A DNA stretch of 64,000 nt from the NCBI GenBank assembly GCA_049975265.1, contig JBNGDF010000002.1, positions 1 through 64,000 of the forward strand, read 5' to 3'. The position numbers and the translations under genes are program-made. Below, one piece after another: positions 1 through 10,582 of the stretch. The notes beneath the pieces were generated by a model. It had not been told where the DNA came from. It ran no database searches and saw only the letters and a list, made by a program, of their open reading frames with translations. Numbering within the stretch: position 1 is the first letter of the stretch; each line of letters opens with the position of its first letter. The stretch is from Fidelibacterota bacterium. GTDB lineage: Bacteria; Fidelibacterota; UBA2242.

Positions 1-29
1 ATTTTAACCGTTCCGCATTCTTTTGTCAA
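1..29 (-). promoter_or_regulatory. Sigma70-type promoter firing out of the left edge of the window
   Basis: Minus strand reads TTGACA-17 nt-TAAAAT just downstream of the rnr stop; near-consensus -35 and -10 boxes. Confidence 0.7.
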
Positions 30-37
30 GGCAAAAC

Positions 38-2146
38 CTACTCTCCCCACTCCAGGTCCACCAGCCGCTCTTTGATGGAAACCGAAGCGATTTTCACCAT
101 CACGCGGTCGCCTAGCCGGAAGGTGCGCTTATTCCGGCGACCTTTCAGGGTGTGGTTCTGCTCATCGTATTCATAATAATCATCTTCCAGCGTCCGGACA
201 TGTACCAGACCTTCCACCAGGAAATCGGAAATCTCCACAAAAAAGCCAAAATCCAGCACACCGGTAATAATCCCTGCATACCAGTTGCCCACTTTATTCG
301 CCAGAAACCGAATCTGCTTAACCTTGGTGAATTCCCGCTCGATCTTCATGGCTCGGATTTCATTCTCTGTGGACTGCTCCGCAATCGTAGGCAGCGCCCG
401 GCGGAAATAGACCTTGTCTTCTGAACTCACCGACCGAGAATAGAGTTTGAGCAGACGGTGAACCATCAAATCCGGGTAGCGCCGAATCGGCGAGGTGAAA
501 TGGGTATAGTACGGAAATGCCAGCCCGAAATGCTGTCCTGTTTCCGCCGCATAGCGCGCTTTCGCCATGGAGCGTAGCGCGATCTGCTCCACAAACAGCT
601 GAAAGGGCAGATTTTCGATTTCCAGTAATATCCGCCGAATATCATTGGGCGTTACCGGGTCCGGTTTGCGGAAATCCACACCCAGCCGGCGCAGCAGATC
701 ATAGAGATTGTCTACTGCCTCATCCGTCGGTGCCGGGTGAATTCGATAGAGAAAAGGCAGCTTCTCCTTCTTTCGCTCAAGAGCGATATACTCCGCCACT
801 TTGCGGTTTGCCAGCAGCATGAATTCCTCGATCAGTTTATGACTATCCAACCGTTCCGAAGGCTTGATCTCCGTCGGGATACCACTTGTGCCGATTGTAA
901 AAATCGGTTCAGGAATATCAAAGTCGATACTCCCGGATTCAAACCGCTTTCTGCGCAACAGCATACTCAGATGGTGCATTGGCACAATGATTCCGGCGTT
1001 GGGACCGCTTTTTTTATCGATAATATCCTGAACTTCCCGATAATTATAGCGGCGTACCGATCGGATGACACTTGGAGAAATCCGATAATTCAGAACATTT
1101 CCCTCTCTGCCGACAGTCATGATCACCGACATCGTTAATTTTTCCTTATCCGGTTCCAGGGAGCAGATATCATTGCTGATTTTCTCGGGCAGCATCGGGA
1201 TCACGGTATTTCCCAGGTAGATACTGGTTCCCCGGTTACGGGCGGAGCGGTCCAGCGCCGTACCGGGGCGGACATAGTGACTTACGTCGGCAATGTGCAC
1301 CCCCAGCTGCCAGTTGCCGTCTTCGTTTTGGGTCAGCGACACCGCATCGTCAAAATCCCGGGCTGTTTCGGGGTCCACAGTAAAAATGTCCCAATCACGC
1401 AGGTCGAGCCGATTCTTAATGTCAGCCGCGGAGATTTGAGTGTCCACTCTATCTAGTTCCTTCTGAACTGGTATCGGAAAGTCCGGAATTATCTGAAACA
1501 TTTTCAGGATAATCGTTACGTCATCGCGCGGGTCTTCGGGCATCCCCAGAATCTGCTTTATCTGCGCCTGCGGAGCGCTTTTTCTGTCATCCCAGATCAG
1601 ATTGCGCAATTCCACCATCTGTCCCGCCTGCATCCCGGGAATTTCATTTTGGATGACAATGGAGACCAGAGGCGCCGGCATTTCGGGAACGACTACCCAG
1701 TCCTGACCCCGGCGGGAAAGCGTTCCGAAAAGCGGTTGTTGCGAGCGTTCCAGCACCTGCAACACTCTGCCTTCCGGATTCTTACCGGTCTGCTTTTTGT
1801 ACCGTTCAACGAGGACTTTATCGCCATGAAAAGCGGTCAGCGTATCGTAGCCGCTGATAAAGATATCGGGTTCATTTTCGGAATTCAAAAAGGCAAATCC
1901 CCGGCTGGAAAAGGATATGGTACCGGTGACGGTTTGCCCCTTTTGGGGAATCAGATAGCAGTTTTTCGGGCGACGCTCAATTTTTCCGGCAGCGGCGAGA
2001 GCGCGCAATGTCTCTTTGAATTGTGGATATTTGGCGCTGCTGACATTCAACGCTTTGGCGATGCGGCGCTGTTTGACTGCTGAGCCCTGTTGCTTTTTTA
2101 AAAATGTAACGATTTTTTCTTCCGGTGTCTGTTTACTTTTTGTCAT
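38..2146 (-). CDS. rnr: Ribonuclease R
   Basis: N-terminal HTH and CSD (RGFAF), RNB catalytic TVDPETARDFDDAVS, LIEEFMLLAN, HFGLA..YTHFTSPIRRYPDL, C-terminal S1 domain. Confidence 0.95.
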   Translation of the reverse strand: MTKSKQTPEEKIVTFLKKQQGSAVKQRRIAKALNVSSAKYPQFKETLRALAAAGKIERRPKNCYLIPQKGQTVTGTISFSSRGFAFLNSENEPDIFISGYDTLTAFHGDKVLVERYKKQTGKNPEGRVLQVLERSQQPLFGTLSRRGQDWVVVPEMPAPLVSIVIQNEIPGMQAGQMVELRNLIWDDRKSAPQAQIKQILGMPEDPRDDVTIILKMFQIIPDFPIPVQKELDRVDTQISAADIKNRLDLRDWDIFTVDPETARDFDDAVSLTQNEDGNWQLGVHIADVSHYVRPGTALDRSARNRGTSIYLGNTVIPMLPEKISNDICSLEPDKEKLTMSVIMTVGREGNVLNYRISPSVIRSVRRYNYREVQDIIDKKSGPNAGIIVPMHHLSMLLRRKRFESGSIDFDIPEPIFTIGTSGIPTEIKPSERLDSHKLIEEFMLLANRKVAEYIALERKKEKLPFLYRIHPAPTDEAVDNLYDLLRRLGVDFRKPDPVTPNDIRRILLEIENLPFQLFVEQIALRSMAKARYAAETGQHFGLAFPYYTHFTSPIRRYPDLMVHRLLKLYSRSVSSEDKVYFRRALPTIAEQSTENEIRAMKIEREFTKVKQIRFLANKVGNWYAGIITGVLDFGFFVEISDFLVEGLVHVRTLEDDYYEYDEQNHTLKGRRNKRTFRLGDRVMVKIASVSIKERLVDLEWGE

Positions 2147-3654
2147 TAAAATCTTCCGATTAGGCGAATGTGAATTTTCGCGGTTGAAAATGTATCTCCC
2201 TTTCCAAAGCCATAATCTACGCCAATTATTCCCATTCTGGAAGCTAAGCGCATGCCCACACCGTAGCTGCAGGGGTAGCCGCTGACCGATTTTCCGTCGT
2301 CAAAACGTTGATAATAGCCCTGATCAAAAAACAGATAAAAACTGCTGAAATTACCGATCAGCCGGCGCAACTCCACCGTACCCCAAGCAATCCTGCTGCC
2401 GCGGAAGAAGTCATTTGGGTAGCCGCGCAGGTCGGTCGCCCCCCCGAACCAGTACTGCTCGGCAAAATCCGGTTCCGCACCGCTCAGCCACCTGGCATCG
2501 GTATTCAGCATCAATGCGATTATCCAGAATTGTCTCACCGGCACAAATCCTGCCAACGCCAGATTCAGTTCCAGACGGGAGACCGATGATAAGGAATCAC
2601 GCTTTTGATGTCCGACGGCTATTCCGGATTGCAGGTGAAAGCCACTCGTCGGGTTGTGAATATGATCCCGCCGATCCAGTGCATGCCGGACGCCAATTGC
2701 CGTGGTTTTGGATCGTGACAATCCCAATAAATTCCGACCGCCCGGAGTCGGAATGGTCATTTCCCGATTGAGACTACATTCAAAACTGCCAAACCGGTTT
2801 GAATAAAAACCGCTGCCGATTCCAAGATTGCGAATGACCACCAGCGTATCCCGCAAATCCTGTCGAAACTCCGCCATTCCGTAGAGATTGGTTTTCCAGA
2901 TCCAGGGCTCCTTATAGCCCAGTTCCACCTGCTGTGAATAGCGGTTTGCCCGCGACCAGTACAAAAAGATCTGCCGCCCGGTTCCCGACAGATTGTAAAA
3001 TTTCAAATCCAGTTCGCCGGTAAAATAGCCCGGACTATTATAGGTCCCCGGGACATACCCCACCACACCGATAAACTCATTATCCTGTTGCTCCTGCAGG
3101 GAAACCAGAATTCCGGTTTGTCCCTCTTTGGTCAGTACAATCTCATTTTCACCGGCTACAGATAAAAAGGGAAATCTCCGCAGCGATCGAAGGATAGCCG
3201 TCTTCTGCTGCTCGGTATAAGCAGCGCCGAGCAACGGCTGAACCGCCCGGTTCAGCACCGCCATTCTGGTTTTTGTATGCCCGCGAAACACTATCGTATC
3301 AATCCGGGTCATATCGCCCCATTTCAGGTGCACTTCGGGATTCAGATACCAGCGCCCGGACTCGGATTTTGGGTTTATCCTGTATAGCGAAAGGGTTGGA
3401 AAGTGGTAGCCGCGGGACGGCGGGATCTGCAGAAGATGACGACTGAAATGCTGAAAATTTATATCGGTGGCAGGCAATTCCCGGTATTCCCGGAGAATCG
3501 CGTCAAATTGCGGTTTTTCCCGGATTTCCGATGCGATCCTGATATTGCCGAAATAGACCGAATCGGCAGCATACAAGGGAGTGGCGGGAATCACTCCGCT
3601 CAGACTGCTGAGGATTACCGTAAAAAACAGGCGAATATAGGGTCGTTTTTTCAT
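2146..3654 (-). CDS. BamA/TamA (Omp85) family outer-membrane protein
   Basis: Signal peptide, POTRA-like IDTIVFRGHTKTR, NLSGTGR, FGGATDLRGY motif, C-terminal F. Confidence 0.8.
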   Translation of the reverse strand: MKKRPYIRLFFTVILSSLSGVIPATPLYAADSVYFGNIRIASEIREKPQFDAILREYRELPATDINFQHFSRHLLQIPPSRGYHFPTLSLYRINPKSESGRWYLNPEVHLKWGDMTRIDTIVFRGHTKTRMAVLNRAVQPLLGAAYTEQQKTAILRSLRRFPFLSVAGENEIVLTKEGQTGILVSLQEQQDNEFIGVVGYVPGTYNSPGYFTGELDLKFYNLSGTGRQIFLYWSRANRYSQQVELGYKEPWIWKTNLYGMAEFRQDLRDTLVVIRNLGIGSGFYSNRFGSFECSLNREMTIPTPGGRNLLGLSRSKTTAIGVRHALDRRDHIHNPTSGFHLQSGIAVGHQKRDSLSSVSRLELNLALAGFVPVRQFWIIALMLNTDARWLSGAEPDFAEQYWFGGATDLRGYPNDFFRGSRIAWGTVELRRLIGNFSSFYLFFDQGYYQRFDDGKSVSGYPCSYGVGMRLASRMGIIGVDYGFGKGDTFSTAKIHIRLIGRF

Positions 3655-6600
3655 TAGAACAGCGCCCTGATCTCACCACCGCCCAGATGATAGACATCCC
3701 GGTTCGGTTCGTCCCAGCCTTCATAGTTCAAACGCAGACTCAAATTGCGACCGAGACGATATTCCGCCGAGATACCCCATCCGTAAGTGACGCCCTCTTT
3801 TTTCCCATCGCTCATTTCCCAGGGAATCGCCGAACCTTTCGGCGTGACAGAGACGCGATCGATCTCCACAAACGCCCGCCAGCGACCTTTACCCTGAAAT
3901 TTACGCTCATAACTGTTGCGCAGACCGAGCAGCAGCGCTTCGAGTGCTTTCGTACTCCGGTCCCGGTCATAACTGACTTTTAGCGCACATTCATACAGGT
4001 TGACCATGCTCCATAACCAGGCAAAGGTGTTATTCGACCGATATGAATGAATATCCCGGTTTCGTAACGGATTAAATGCCGATTCCCGGAAGGTGGTTTT
4101 TGCCGCCAGTTCCGATTCCAACGTAAGGCTACCAATAAAGCCACCCCGATAACGGAGCGAGGTCTCCCGGATTGCGGTTGTTTCGGGACCCCGGACATCC
4201 AGCTGACTGACAGTATTATTCTCCAGAAATCGCAATCGTAAATTCGACCGACGCTGCTGGAAAGAATAGAGCAGGTCCTGCTGCAAAATCCGATTGAAAT
4301 AGACCCAGCGTTCGTCAATTCGTTCCTGATCAAACACCAAAATCGATAACGGTTCGCGACTGCTTTTAATCTGCTGCTGCAGCCGTATATCCGAAAATAA
4401 CATCAGCCGGGTGGGAAATTCCCAGGGAATTTTGCCGCTGAGACGCCGCCCGTTGAACTGCAGGCGCAGTCCGTTCCGAATACTGGTTACCGGCTCCTTA
4501 ATCATCGAGGGCAGAATTCGTAAAATATAGTCCCCGTTGACATGCGGTACAAAATCGGAATAGGTCGAATCGTAGGCATATTGTCCCTCACCTTCACCGA
4601 CATAATAGTAGCGGTATTCCTTTTTAACGGTGCGTTCTTCCTCGATTCTCATTGTGGTTTCCCAGGTATATGGCAGTCTGCGCGGCTGCTGCTTCAGCAT
4701 CATATCCAGCAGCTGAATCTCCTGGTTCGGCACTGTCTGCTCACCGAAATACTCTTTAATGCGGAAAGTATATGTAAACCGCCCGGAAAAGCTTTTCCAT
4801 TCGTTCAACAGAGCGCTGGCGGCAACATTCCGGGATGTACTGGAGAGCTGCCACTGACCGCTCACAAAATCCTTGTCCTCCCGGAAATAAGTTTCAATGC
4901 GCCCCGTTAATTTCCGGTGACCTTCGATCTCAATTCCATAGCGCTGCTCAATAAACTGAAAATTTGTCACCGTCGCCATGGCAGCGGTATATTGTTCGGA
5001 ATACAGCTCCGTAAAAGGCTTTACATCTTTAACAACAAAGCGCAGCCGCAACTGCTGCCGGATCCACTCCGACGAACTATGCGGCAGACTACGTTGAATC
5101 TGTTCCCAAAACAGGTCGAAGCGATCCAGCCAGTTCCACTGCAGAGATGCGCCGACTTTATACCTGTTTGCATCGATTTGATGACGATTGTATGAACCGA
5201 AGTCGAGATAGACATTCAGCTGTTGATTGAAATTCATATTTACACCGGCTTCCATCACCTGTTCACCCTGGGTGGAATCCGATGACAAATCCCATTTCCG
5301 CCGGTATTCCACTTCCTCCAGGCGGTCAATCGGTTCAAACCGTTCGCCGACTTTGCGATATTTCAAATGGAGATCGGCACTATTCTTCCGGGAAAACGGT
5401 ATCTTGATATCCGTATTCAGATGAACGGCGATATCCCGATTGTCTCCATCATCGCGATTCGAAAAGGTATTGCAGTCAAAGTCAGACCCCGCCACTTCCG
5501 ATTGAACAGTCACATTCCGCAGCGGCTGCCACTTCCCGGACAGATGGTACAGCCTTTGGGCAGTCGGCAGCTTCAGGGGCTTCACCGGCAGGTAGACGGC
5601 TTCACTGATCTCCGATTCCGTCGCCGTGGGATCGCTTTTGTCCACAAATTGAAAACAGTAGGGATCCACAGAGTAGTCCTTGCGATAGCTACCCCGCTCA
5701 CCGACATTGTAAAAGGAAGCCGAATGCGTGCCGCCCGGTCCCACATAGACCAGAATCGAATCCCTTTCATCAAACAGATACACGCCGTTGCTGTCTTCAT
5801 GAATTGTGCTCTGAAAGGCTTTTTCGGTCTGATCGCCCAGTATTTTTAAATGATCAATATCCGCATCACTCAGGGTAAGCTCGATGGGATTGTCACGGTC
5901 GTCGGTTTCGCTGATAACACCGGCGGAAAGTTGCACCCGCCCATCGCCAAAAGCGGTCGTGTTGCGGGCAAGCCAGATATTTTTCTGGTAGACCAGATTG
6001 GAGTACTGGAAATCCACAGAAATGCGGGAATCGGAGGTAATCAGCCGATAGGGTGTAAACGTAATTTCTGCGGTGGAATAATCGATCACATAGTCGTTTG
6101 TCTCACCGCGGGTCAGGGGCTCGCCATTGATCCAGACCCGTTCGGTGCCCGCCAGTACGATAATTGCCGTTTCACCCTCCCGACCAGTCAATTGATAGGG
6201 ACCCTGGTTCGCCTCCTGCCCCTGAAAATAGTTGCTGGCGAACTGCCCCCTGGTCACTGCACCGCTGAGCTGGGTCATACTGCTGCTGCGCTCACTTTCA
6301 ACGAGAGCACCCTGCAATTTGCGCTGGTAGCGGCTGAGTGGTGTCGACGACTGGCTGCATTCGTAATCGCCAAAGGTTATAATTTCATGGGGCATCTGCA
6401 CCTGAATAAAAACCTTGTCAATTTCCTCAATTGTCTGCGTATTGCCCTCCGGCTGAATCGGTATATTCTGGTCGGAAAGTGAACCGACAATCGAAATATC
6501 TTCACCGATTGTTCCCTGCAGCTCGATGTTTAATCCCGATTGCAGCTCCATACCGCTGTTTGATCGAAGTGATACGCCCCGATAAATCGTCCCGGATTTC

Positions 6601-7022
6601 AGAAAATCATAATCACCGGAGGTTGCGGATTCCGCGGTGGCATCCGGCGCCTTTTCCGCACCTGATGCGGTATCTTCCGGGAGATAAACCCGGGGTGGCG
6701 AATTGAGAATCTGAAAACGGGGTAGCGAAACCTCCAGATAGCTGTAATCGGCAATAATTGTCACAGTATCCAAAAACCCACTGCCATATCGCAGAACTCC
6801 GTTCAGCGCATCAATCTGAAACAGCTCCGTCGCAAGACTGTCTCCACCGATGCTTTTCAGGCGCACAGATTGGGGAACGATCGCCGTTTTCGTGAGCTGA
6901 ATCAGTGAATCACCCGGTGCAACTATCAGGGTATCGCTCTGTTCCACCGCTGCCCCCACAGCTGATACAGACAGGCAACCGCAGAGAAACATAATGGTGA
7001 TATATCTGTTTATGCAATCCAA
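3654..7022 (-). CDS. Large conserved FCB-type outer-membrane beta-barrel protein of unknown function
   Basis: Signal peptide, SDQNIPIQPEGNTQ, NQGPYQL..IIVLAGTERV..DYVIDY motifs, amphipathic strands, ends GEIRALF. Confidence 0.7.
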   Translation of the reverse strand: MDCINRYITIMFLCGCLSVSAVGAAVEQSDTLIVAPGDSLIQLTKTAIVPQSVRLKSIGGDSLATELFQIDALNGVLRYGSGFLDTVTIIADYSYLEVSLPRFQILNSPPRVYLPEDTASGAEKAPDATAESATSGDYDFLKSGTIYRGVSLRSNSGMELQSGLNIELQGTIGEDISIVGSLSDQNIPIQPEGNTQTIEEIDKVFIQVQMPHEIITFGDYECSQSSTPLSRYQRKLQGALVESERSSSMTQLSGAVTRGQFASNYFQGQEANQGPYQLTGREGETAIIVLAGTERVWINGEPLTRGETNDYVIDYSTAEITFTPYRLITSDSRISVDFQYSNLVYQKNIWLARNTTAFGDGRVQLSAGVISETDDRDNPIELTLSDADIDHLKILGDQTEKAFQSTIHEDSNGVYLFDERDSILVYVGPGGTHSASFYNVGERGSYRKDYSVDPYCFQFVDKSDPTATESEISEAVYLPVKPLKLPTAQRLYHLSGKWQPLRNVTVQSEVAGSDFDCNTFSNRDDGDNRDIAVHLNTDIKIPFSRKNSADLHLKYRKVGERFEPIDRLEEVEYRRKWDLSSDSTQGEQVMEAGVNMNFNQQLNVYLDFGSYNRHQIDANRYKVGASLQWNWLDRFDLFWEQIQRSLPHSSSEWIRQQLRLRFVVKDVKPFTELYSEQYTAAMATVTNFQFIEQRYGIEIEGHRKLTGRIETYFREDKDFVSGQWQLSSTSRNVAASALLNEWKSFSGRFTYTFRIKEYFGEQTVPNQEIQLLDMMLKQQPRRLPYTWETTMRIEEERTVKKEYRYYYVGEGEGQYAYDSTYSDFVPHVNGDYILRILPSMIKEPVTSIRNGLRLQFNGRRLSGKIPWEFPTRLMLFSDIRLQQQIKSSREPLSILVFDQERIDERWVYFNRILQQDLLYSFQQRRSNLRLRFLENNTVSQLDVRGPETTAIRETSLRYRGGFIGSLTLESELAAKTTFRESAFNPLRNRDIHSYRSNNTFAWLWSMVNLYECALKVSYDRDRSTKALEALLLGLRNSYERKFQGKGRWRAFVEIDRVSVTPKGSAIPWEMSDGKKEGVTYGWGISAEYRLGRNLSLRLNYEGWDEPNRDVYHLGGGEIRALF

Positions 7023-7038
7023 TATATGTTTCGGTGAT

Positions 7039-7914
7039 TTAAGGCTGATGATATACGAAAATCCGGTTGTCTGAGCTCAACAGGCAGAGTCTTTCATTCT
7101 GATAAGAGACAGCCACGAAGTAAATATTTTGCGGCAGTTCCACTATCAGCGGCTGCCAGCTCTTTTGCATCGCCGAATAGACCAAAACATACGGCGCCCC
7201 TCTCAACGTCACCACCAGGTCTTTGCCTACCGGAAACAGAGACGTTGCCGGCGCATCTGCAGGAATTTTCAATTGACCGAGTGGTGTGCCAAACCGATCA
7301 AACTGCACAATCCGACCGCTCTCCTCCAGAATGTGAATCACACCCTGACCATCCATACGGATCAGCAGCGGATCCCGCAGTGCATATTCACCGTAACCAA
7401 CCCCGGCAAACACCGTGACGTTTTTGCGATTCAGTTGCACACGGCTGATTTCCAGATTTTCATCAGACAGAATATACAATTCGCCCTGGTTGGTCAGGAC
7501 AACCGAGCGGGGAAACGATATGCGGTAGGCGCCGCCGGGATCGGGATAGGTAGTCAGGTAATTCAGTTCCCGGTCATAACGGGCGACACGGTGATTGTTA
7601 TAATCCGCCACAAGCAGATTCAGGCCCGACGACATGTACAGATCCAGCGGCAAATCAAACTGCCCTTCATTCCAGCCGTAACCACCGTTGACGTTGAGCA
7701 GCTGACCATCCGGGTCGAAGCGATAGATTTCATGCTGTTGAATATCCGACAGATAGATATCGCCGAATTGTGAAATGGCGATCGCAACAAACCGAACCCC
7801 CCGCTGAGTCGGCAACGGTGTGATCACCCGCTCGAAAAAAAAAGTCTGTTGCGGGTAAAGCGCCCCGGCTGTTATTAATAATCCAAAAACAAATTTTTTC
7901 ACCATTGCTTTCAT
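7039..7914 (-). CDS. NHL-repeat beta-propeller exported protein
   Basis: Signal peptide; GGYGWNEGQFDLPLDL..VADYNNHRV NHL repeat. Confidence 0.75.
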   Translation of the reverse strand: MKAMVKKFVFGLLITAGALYPQQTFFFERVITPLPTQRGVRFVAIAISQFGDIYLSDIQQHEIYRFDPDGQLLNVNGGYGWNEGQFDLPLDLYMSSGLNLLVADYNNHRVARYDRELNYLTTYPDPGGAYRISFPRSVVLTNQGELYILSDENLEISRVQLNRKNVTVFAGVGYGEYALRDPLLIRMDGQGVIHILEESGRIVQFDRFGTPLGQLKIPADAPATSLFPVGKDLVVTLRGAPYVLVYSAMQKSWQPLIVELPQNIYFVAVSYQNERLCLLSSDNRIFVYHQP

Positions 7915-8026
7915 TATACGTCAGCCCTGATTATTTGTTTGATGGAGACGTTCGGAAAAACGGATGCCGTTTTCGATTCAATCACAGTGAAAATTCAAGA
8001 ATATGCTGGCGGCAAGCCTGTTTCGA

Positions 8027-9367
8027 TCAGCTAAAATATTTTTCCACCTTATTGATCATCGCTGGTTTCATGAAAATTACGACCTTATCACCCGCTACAA
8101 TCTGAGTCTCACCGTGTGGAATGATAACCACCGCATCGCGGACGATGGCTCCGATGATGAGGTCTGTCGGCAGCTTCATTTTTCGAAGCGGATGACGGGT
8201 GATCCGGCTGTTGCGTTTGGGAATCAATTCAATTACTTCCGCATCGATATCCTCGAACAGAGTCACGGCAATCACATCACCCTGCCGAACATATTTCATG
8301 ATGGCATTCACCGTACTGATGTTTTTACTCACCACGGCATCCATCCCGATTCGGCTCATAATCGGCATGTACTGATGAGTATTCAGATGAATGATCACCC
8401 GTTGAACCCCCAGATAGCGAGCCAGCAAGCCGGATAACAGATTGGTTTTCTCGCTACCGGAAACGGCAATAAAACAGTCCGCCTCCTGAATCTGTTCGGA
8501 GGATAACAGGTCAATATCGGTTCCGTCGCCATGCAGTACCAGTGTATCTTTCAGACTGCTGGATATTTCTTTTGCACGTTCGAAATTTGATTCGATCAGT
8601 TTGACATCCATCAGCGGCGAAAGTTTTGCGGCAATCCGGGTACCTACCTGCCCGCCACCCACAATCATAACATGCTGCTGTTCGCTCTCCCGGTATCCCA
8701 CCAGCTCCGTCAGAGCCGGGATATCATTTTTTGGGGCGATACAGTAGATCACATCGCCGGCGCGATAGTAATTGGACCCGTGGGGAATAATAGTGTCGTT
8801 ATTGCGGTAAATACACAGACATAAAAACTCAATTTGAGGATTCGCAGCCCCCACCTCCTGGAGCGTCCGATTGATAAGCGGGCTGTCATTTTTCACCTGA
8901 AGTGCCAAAAGCTGTAAGTTCCCATCTTCAAAATCCACAATCTTCAGGGCTGAAGACTGCTCAACCAGACGGACGATCTCATTAGCCGCTGCCTGTTCCG
9001 GATGGATCATCAGGTCAATGTCAAATCGGTCGGGTGTGATCATTGCATCGGGACGGGTGAATTCGTCATTCCGTACCCGGGCAACACATTTTCCGACACC
9101 CAGCTTTTTGGCGATGGAGCAGCAGAGAATATTGGTCTCATCCATTCCGGTGACGGCAAAAAGAATATCCGCCTTCTCCACTTCCGCTTCCTGCTGAATA
9201 CGAACACTGGCGCCATTTCCCTGCAGAACAATGGCATCCAGCGTTTCCAGCGCCCGCCGCTGACGCTCAGCGTCCTGCTCAATAATGGTGATATCGTGTT
9301 TTTCCGATATCAGGCGTTTTGCCAGATAATATCCGACCTCTCCGGCACCGACAATGACCAGCTTCAT
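8027..9367 (-). CDS. trkA: Trk potassium uptake NAD-binding subunit
   Basis: Two RCK-N/RCK-C pairs (GAGEVG, GGGQVG), 446 aa. Confidence 0.93.
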   Translation of the reverse strand: MKLVIVGAGEVGYYLAKRLISEKHDITIIEQDAERQRRALETLDAIVLQGNGASVRIQQEAEVEKADILFAVTGMDETNILCCSIAKKLGVGKCVARVRNDEFTRPDAMITPDRFDIDLMIHPEQAAANEIVRLVEQSSALKIVDFEDGNLQLLALQVKNDSPLINRTLQEVGAANPQIEFLCLCIYRNNDTIIPHGSNYYRAGDVIYCIAPKNDIPALTELVGYRESEQQHVMIVGGGQVGTRIAAKLSPLMDVKLIESNFERAKEISSSLKDTLVLHGDGTDIDLLSSEQIQEADCFIAVSGSEKTNLLSGLLARYLGVQRVIIHLNTHQYMPIMSRIGMDAVVSKNISTVNAIMKYVRQGDVIAVTLFEDIDAEVIELIPKRNSRITRHPLRKMKLPTDLIIGAIVRDAVVIIPHGETQIVAGDKVVIFMKPAMINKVEKYFS

Positions 9368-9368
9368 A

Positions 9369-10400
9369 TCAGGGCGCTTTCATCAGCTTGATAAAAATAT
9401 CCGCCACCTGCTGAACCTGCTCACGGTGAAAATCCAGATGCGTCACCGCCCGAATTCGTTCAGAATCGACAGCATTCGCCGCCAATCCCTCTTTTAATAA
9501 CGCCTGCGATAGCGTCACCGCGTTAAATCTTGGATGCCGGACATGTATCATGACCATATTTGTTTGCACCTGCTTCAGATCAATAAAAATACCGGGTACA
9601 CTCTTCAGCTGATCCGCCAGGAGGTGGGCATTTTCATGATCCTCCCGGAGACGATCGACATTATGATCCAAGGCAAAGAGACAAGCCGCCGCTAAAATTC
9701 CCGCCTGACGCATACTGCCGCCGAGGATTTTACGATATTTGCGGGCTTTTCGGATAAAATCCTGGTTTCCCACCAATACCGAACCTACCGGCGCGCCCAA
9801 CCCCTTGGAAAAGCAGAGACTGATGCTGTCGGCAAACATTGCCCACTCCTTTGCCGGGATACCTGTCGCCATCACCGCATTCAACAATCGGGCGCCGTCC
9901 AGATGCAGCGGAATCCCCTTCTGCGCCGCCAATTGCGACAGATTCGCCATATCGTTCAGCGGGTAGATGGTGCCGCCCGCCCGGTTATGGGTATTCTCAA
10001 TACAGATCAGTCCCGTAGGCGGCAGATGGAGATTGTCCGCCCGAATCGCCTTTTCCACGTCCTCCAATTTCAGAACACCGTATTCTCCGGATAGCGGTCG
10101 CAATTGCACTCCCGAAAGAAACGCCGGAGCACCCGCCTCGTAATTGAAAATGTGGCAATTTTCTTCACAGATGACCTCCTGTCCCGGCTGAGTATGAGTT
10201 TTTACAGCAATCTGATTTGACATAGTTCCACTGGGGACATACAGCGCCGACTCTTTTCCCAGCAGTTCGGCGACACGTTCCTCCAGCAGATTCACAGTCG
10301 GGTCTTCACCATAGACATCGTCACCCACATCGGCGGCAGCGATGAAATTGCGCATTGCCTGACTGGGACGCGTTACCGTATCGCTGCGTAAATCAATCAT
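9369..10400 (-). CDS. ltaE: Low-specificity L-threonine aldolase
   Basis: [42 protein letters not shown]. Start set at MIDLRS after an AAGGA RBS (ORF extends to 10427). Confidence 0.92.
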   Translation of the reverse strand: MIDLRSDTVTRPSQAMRNFIAAADVGDDVYGEDPTVNLLEERVAELLGKESALYVPSGTMSNQIAVKTHTQPGQEVICEENCHIFNYEAGAPAFLSGVQLRPLSGEYGVLKLEDVEKAIRADNLHLPPTGLICIENTHNRAGGTIYPLNDMANLSQLAAQKGIPLHLDGARLLNAVMATGIPAKEWAMFADSISLCFSKGLGAPVGSVLVGNQDFIRKARKYRKILGGSMRQAGILAAACLFALDHNVDRLREDHENAHLLADQLKSVPGIFIDLKQVQTNMVMIHVRHPRFNAVTLSQALLKEGLAANAVDSERIRAVTHLDFHREQVQQVADIFIKLMKAP

Positions 10401-10582
10401 TATCCTTTGCATCTCTCTTCCCGCCATGTATGGCTGAACATTGCACCATCGGTTATTCTCAAAAAGGCATTCACTTTTTATCCCCTATTTTAATAAACAT
10501 GCCAAATTACGGCATTTATCGCTTCATGTCAATTCAAATTCCCCTTGATAAATTGCCAAATGAACACTAAAATCCGCCTGTT

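Noticed and set aside
7835..7843. A9 tract in the NHL gene (also a T-run near 17810 and A8 in ftsH) as phase-variation sites
   Set aside because: Short A/T runs, reading frames intact, expected by chance.
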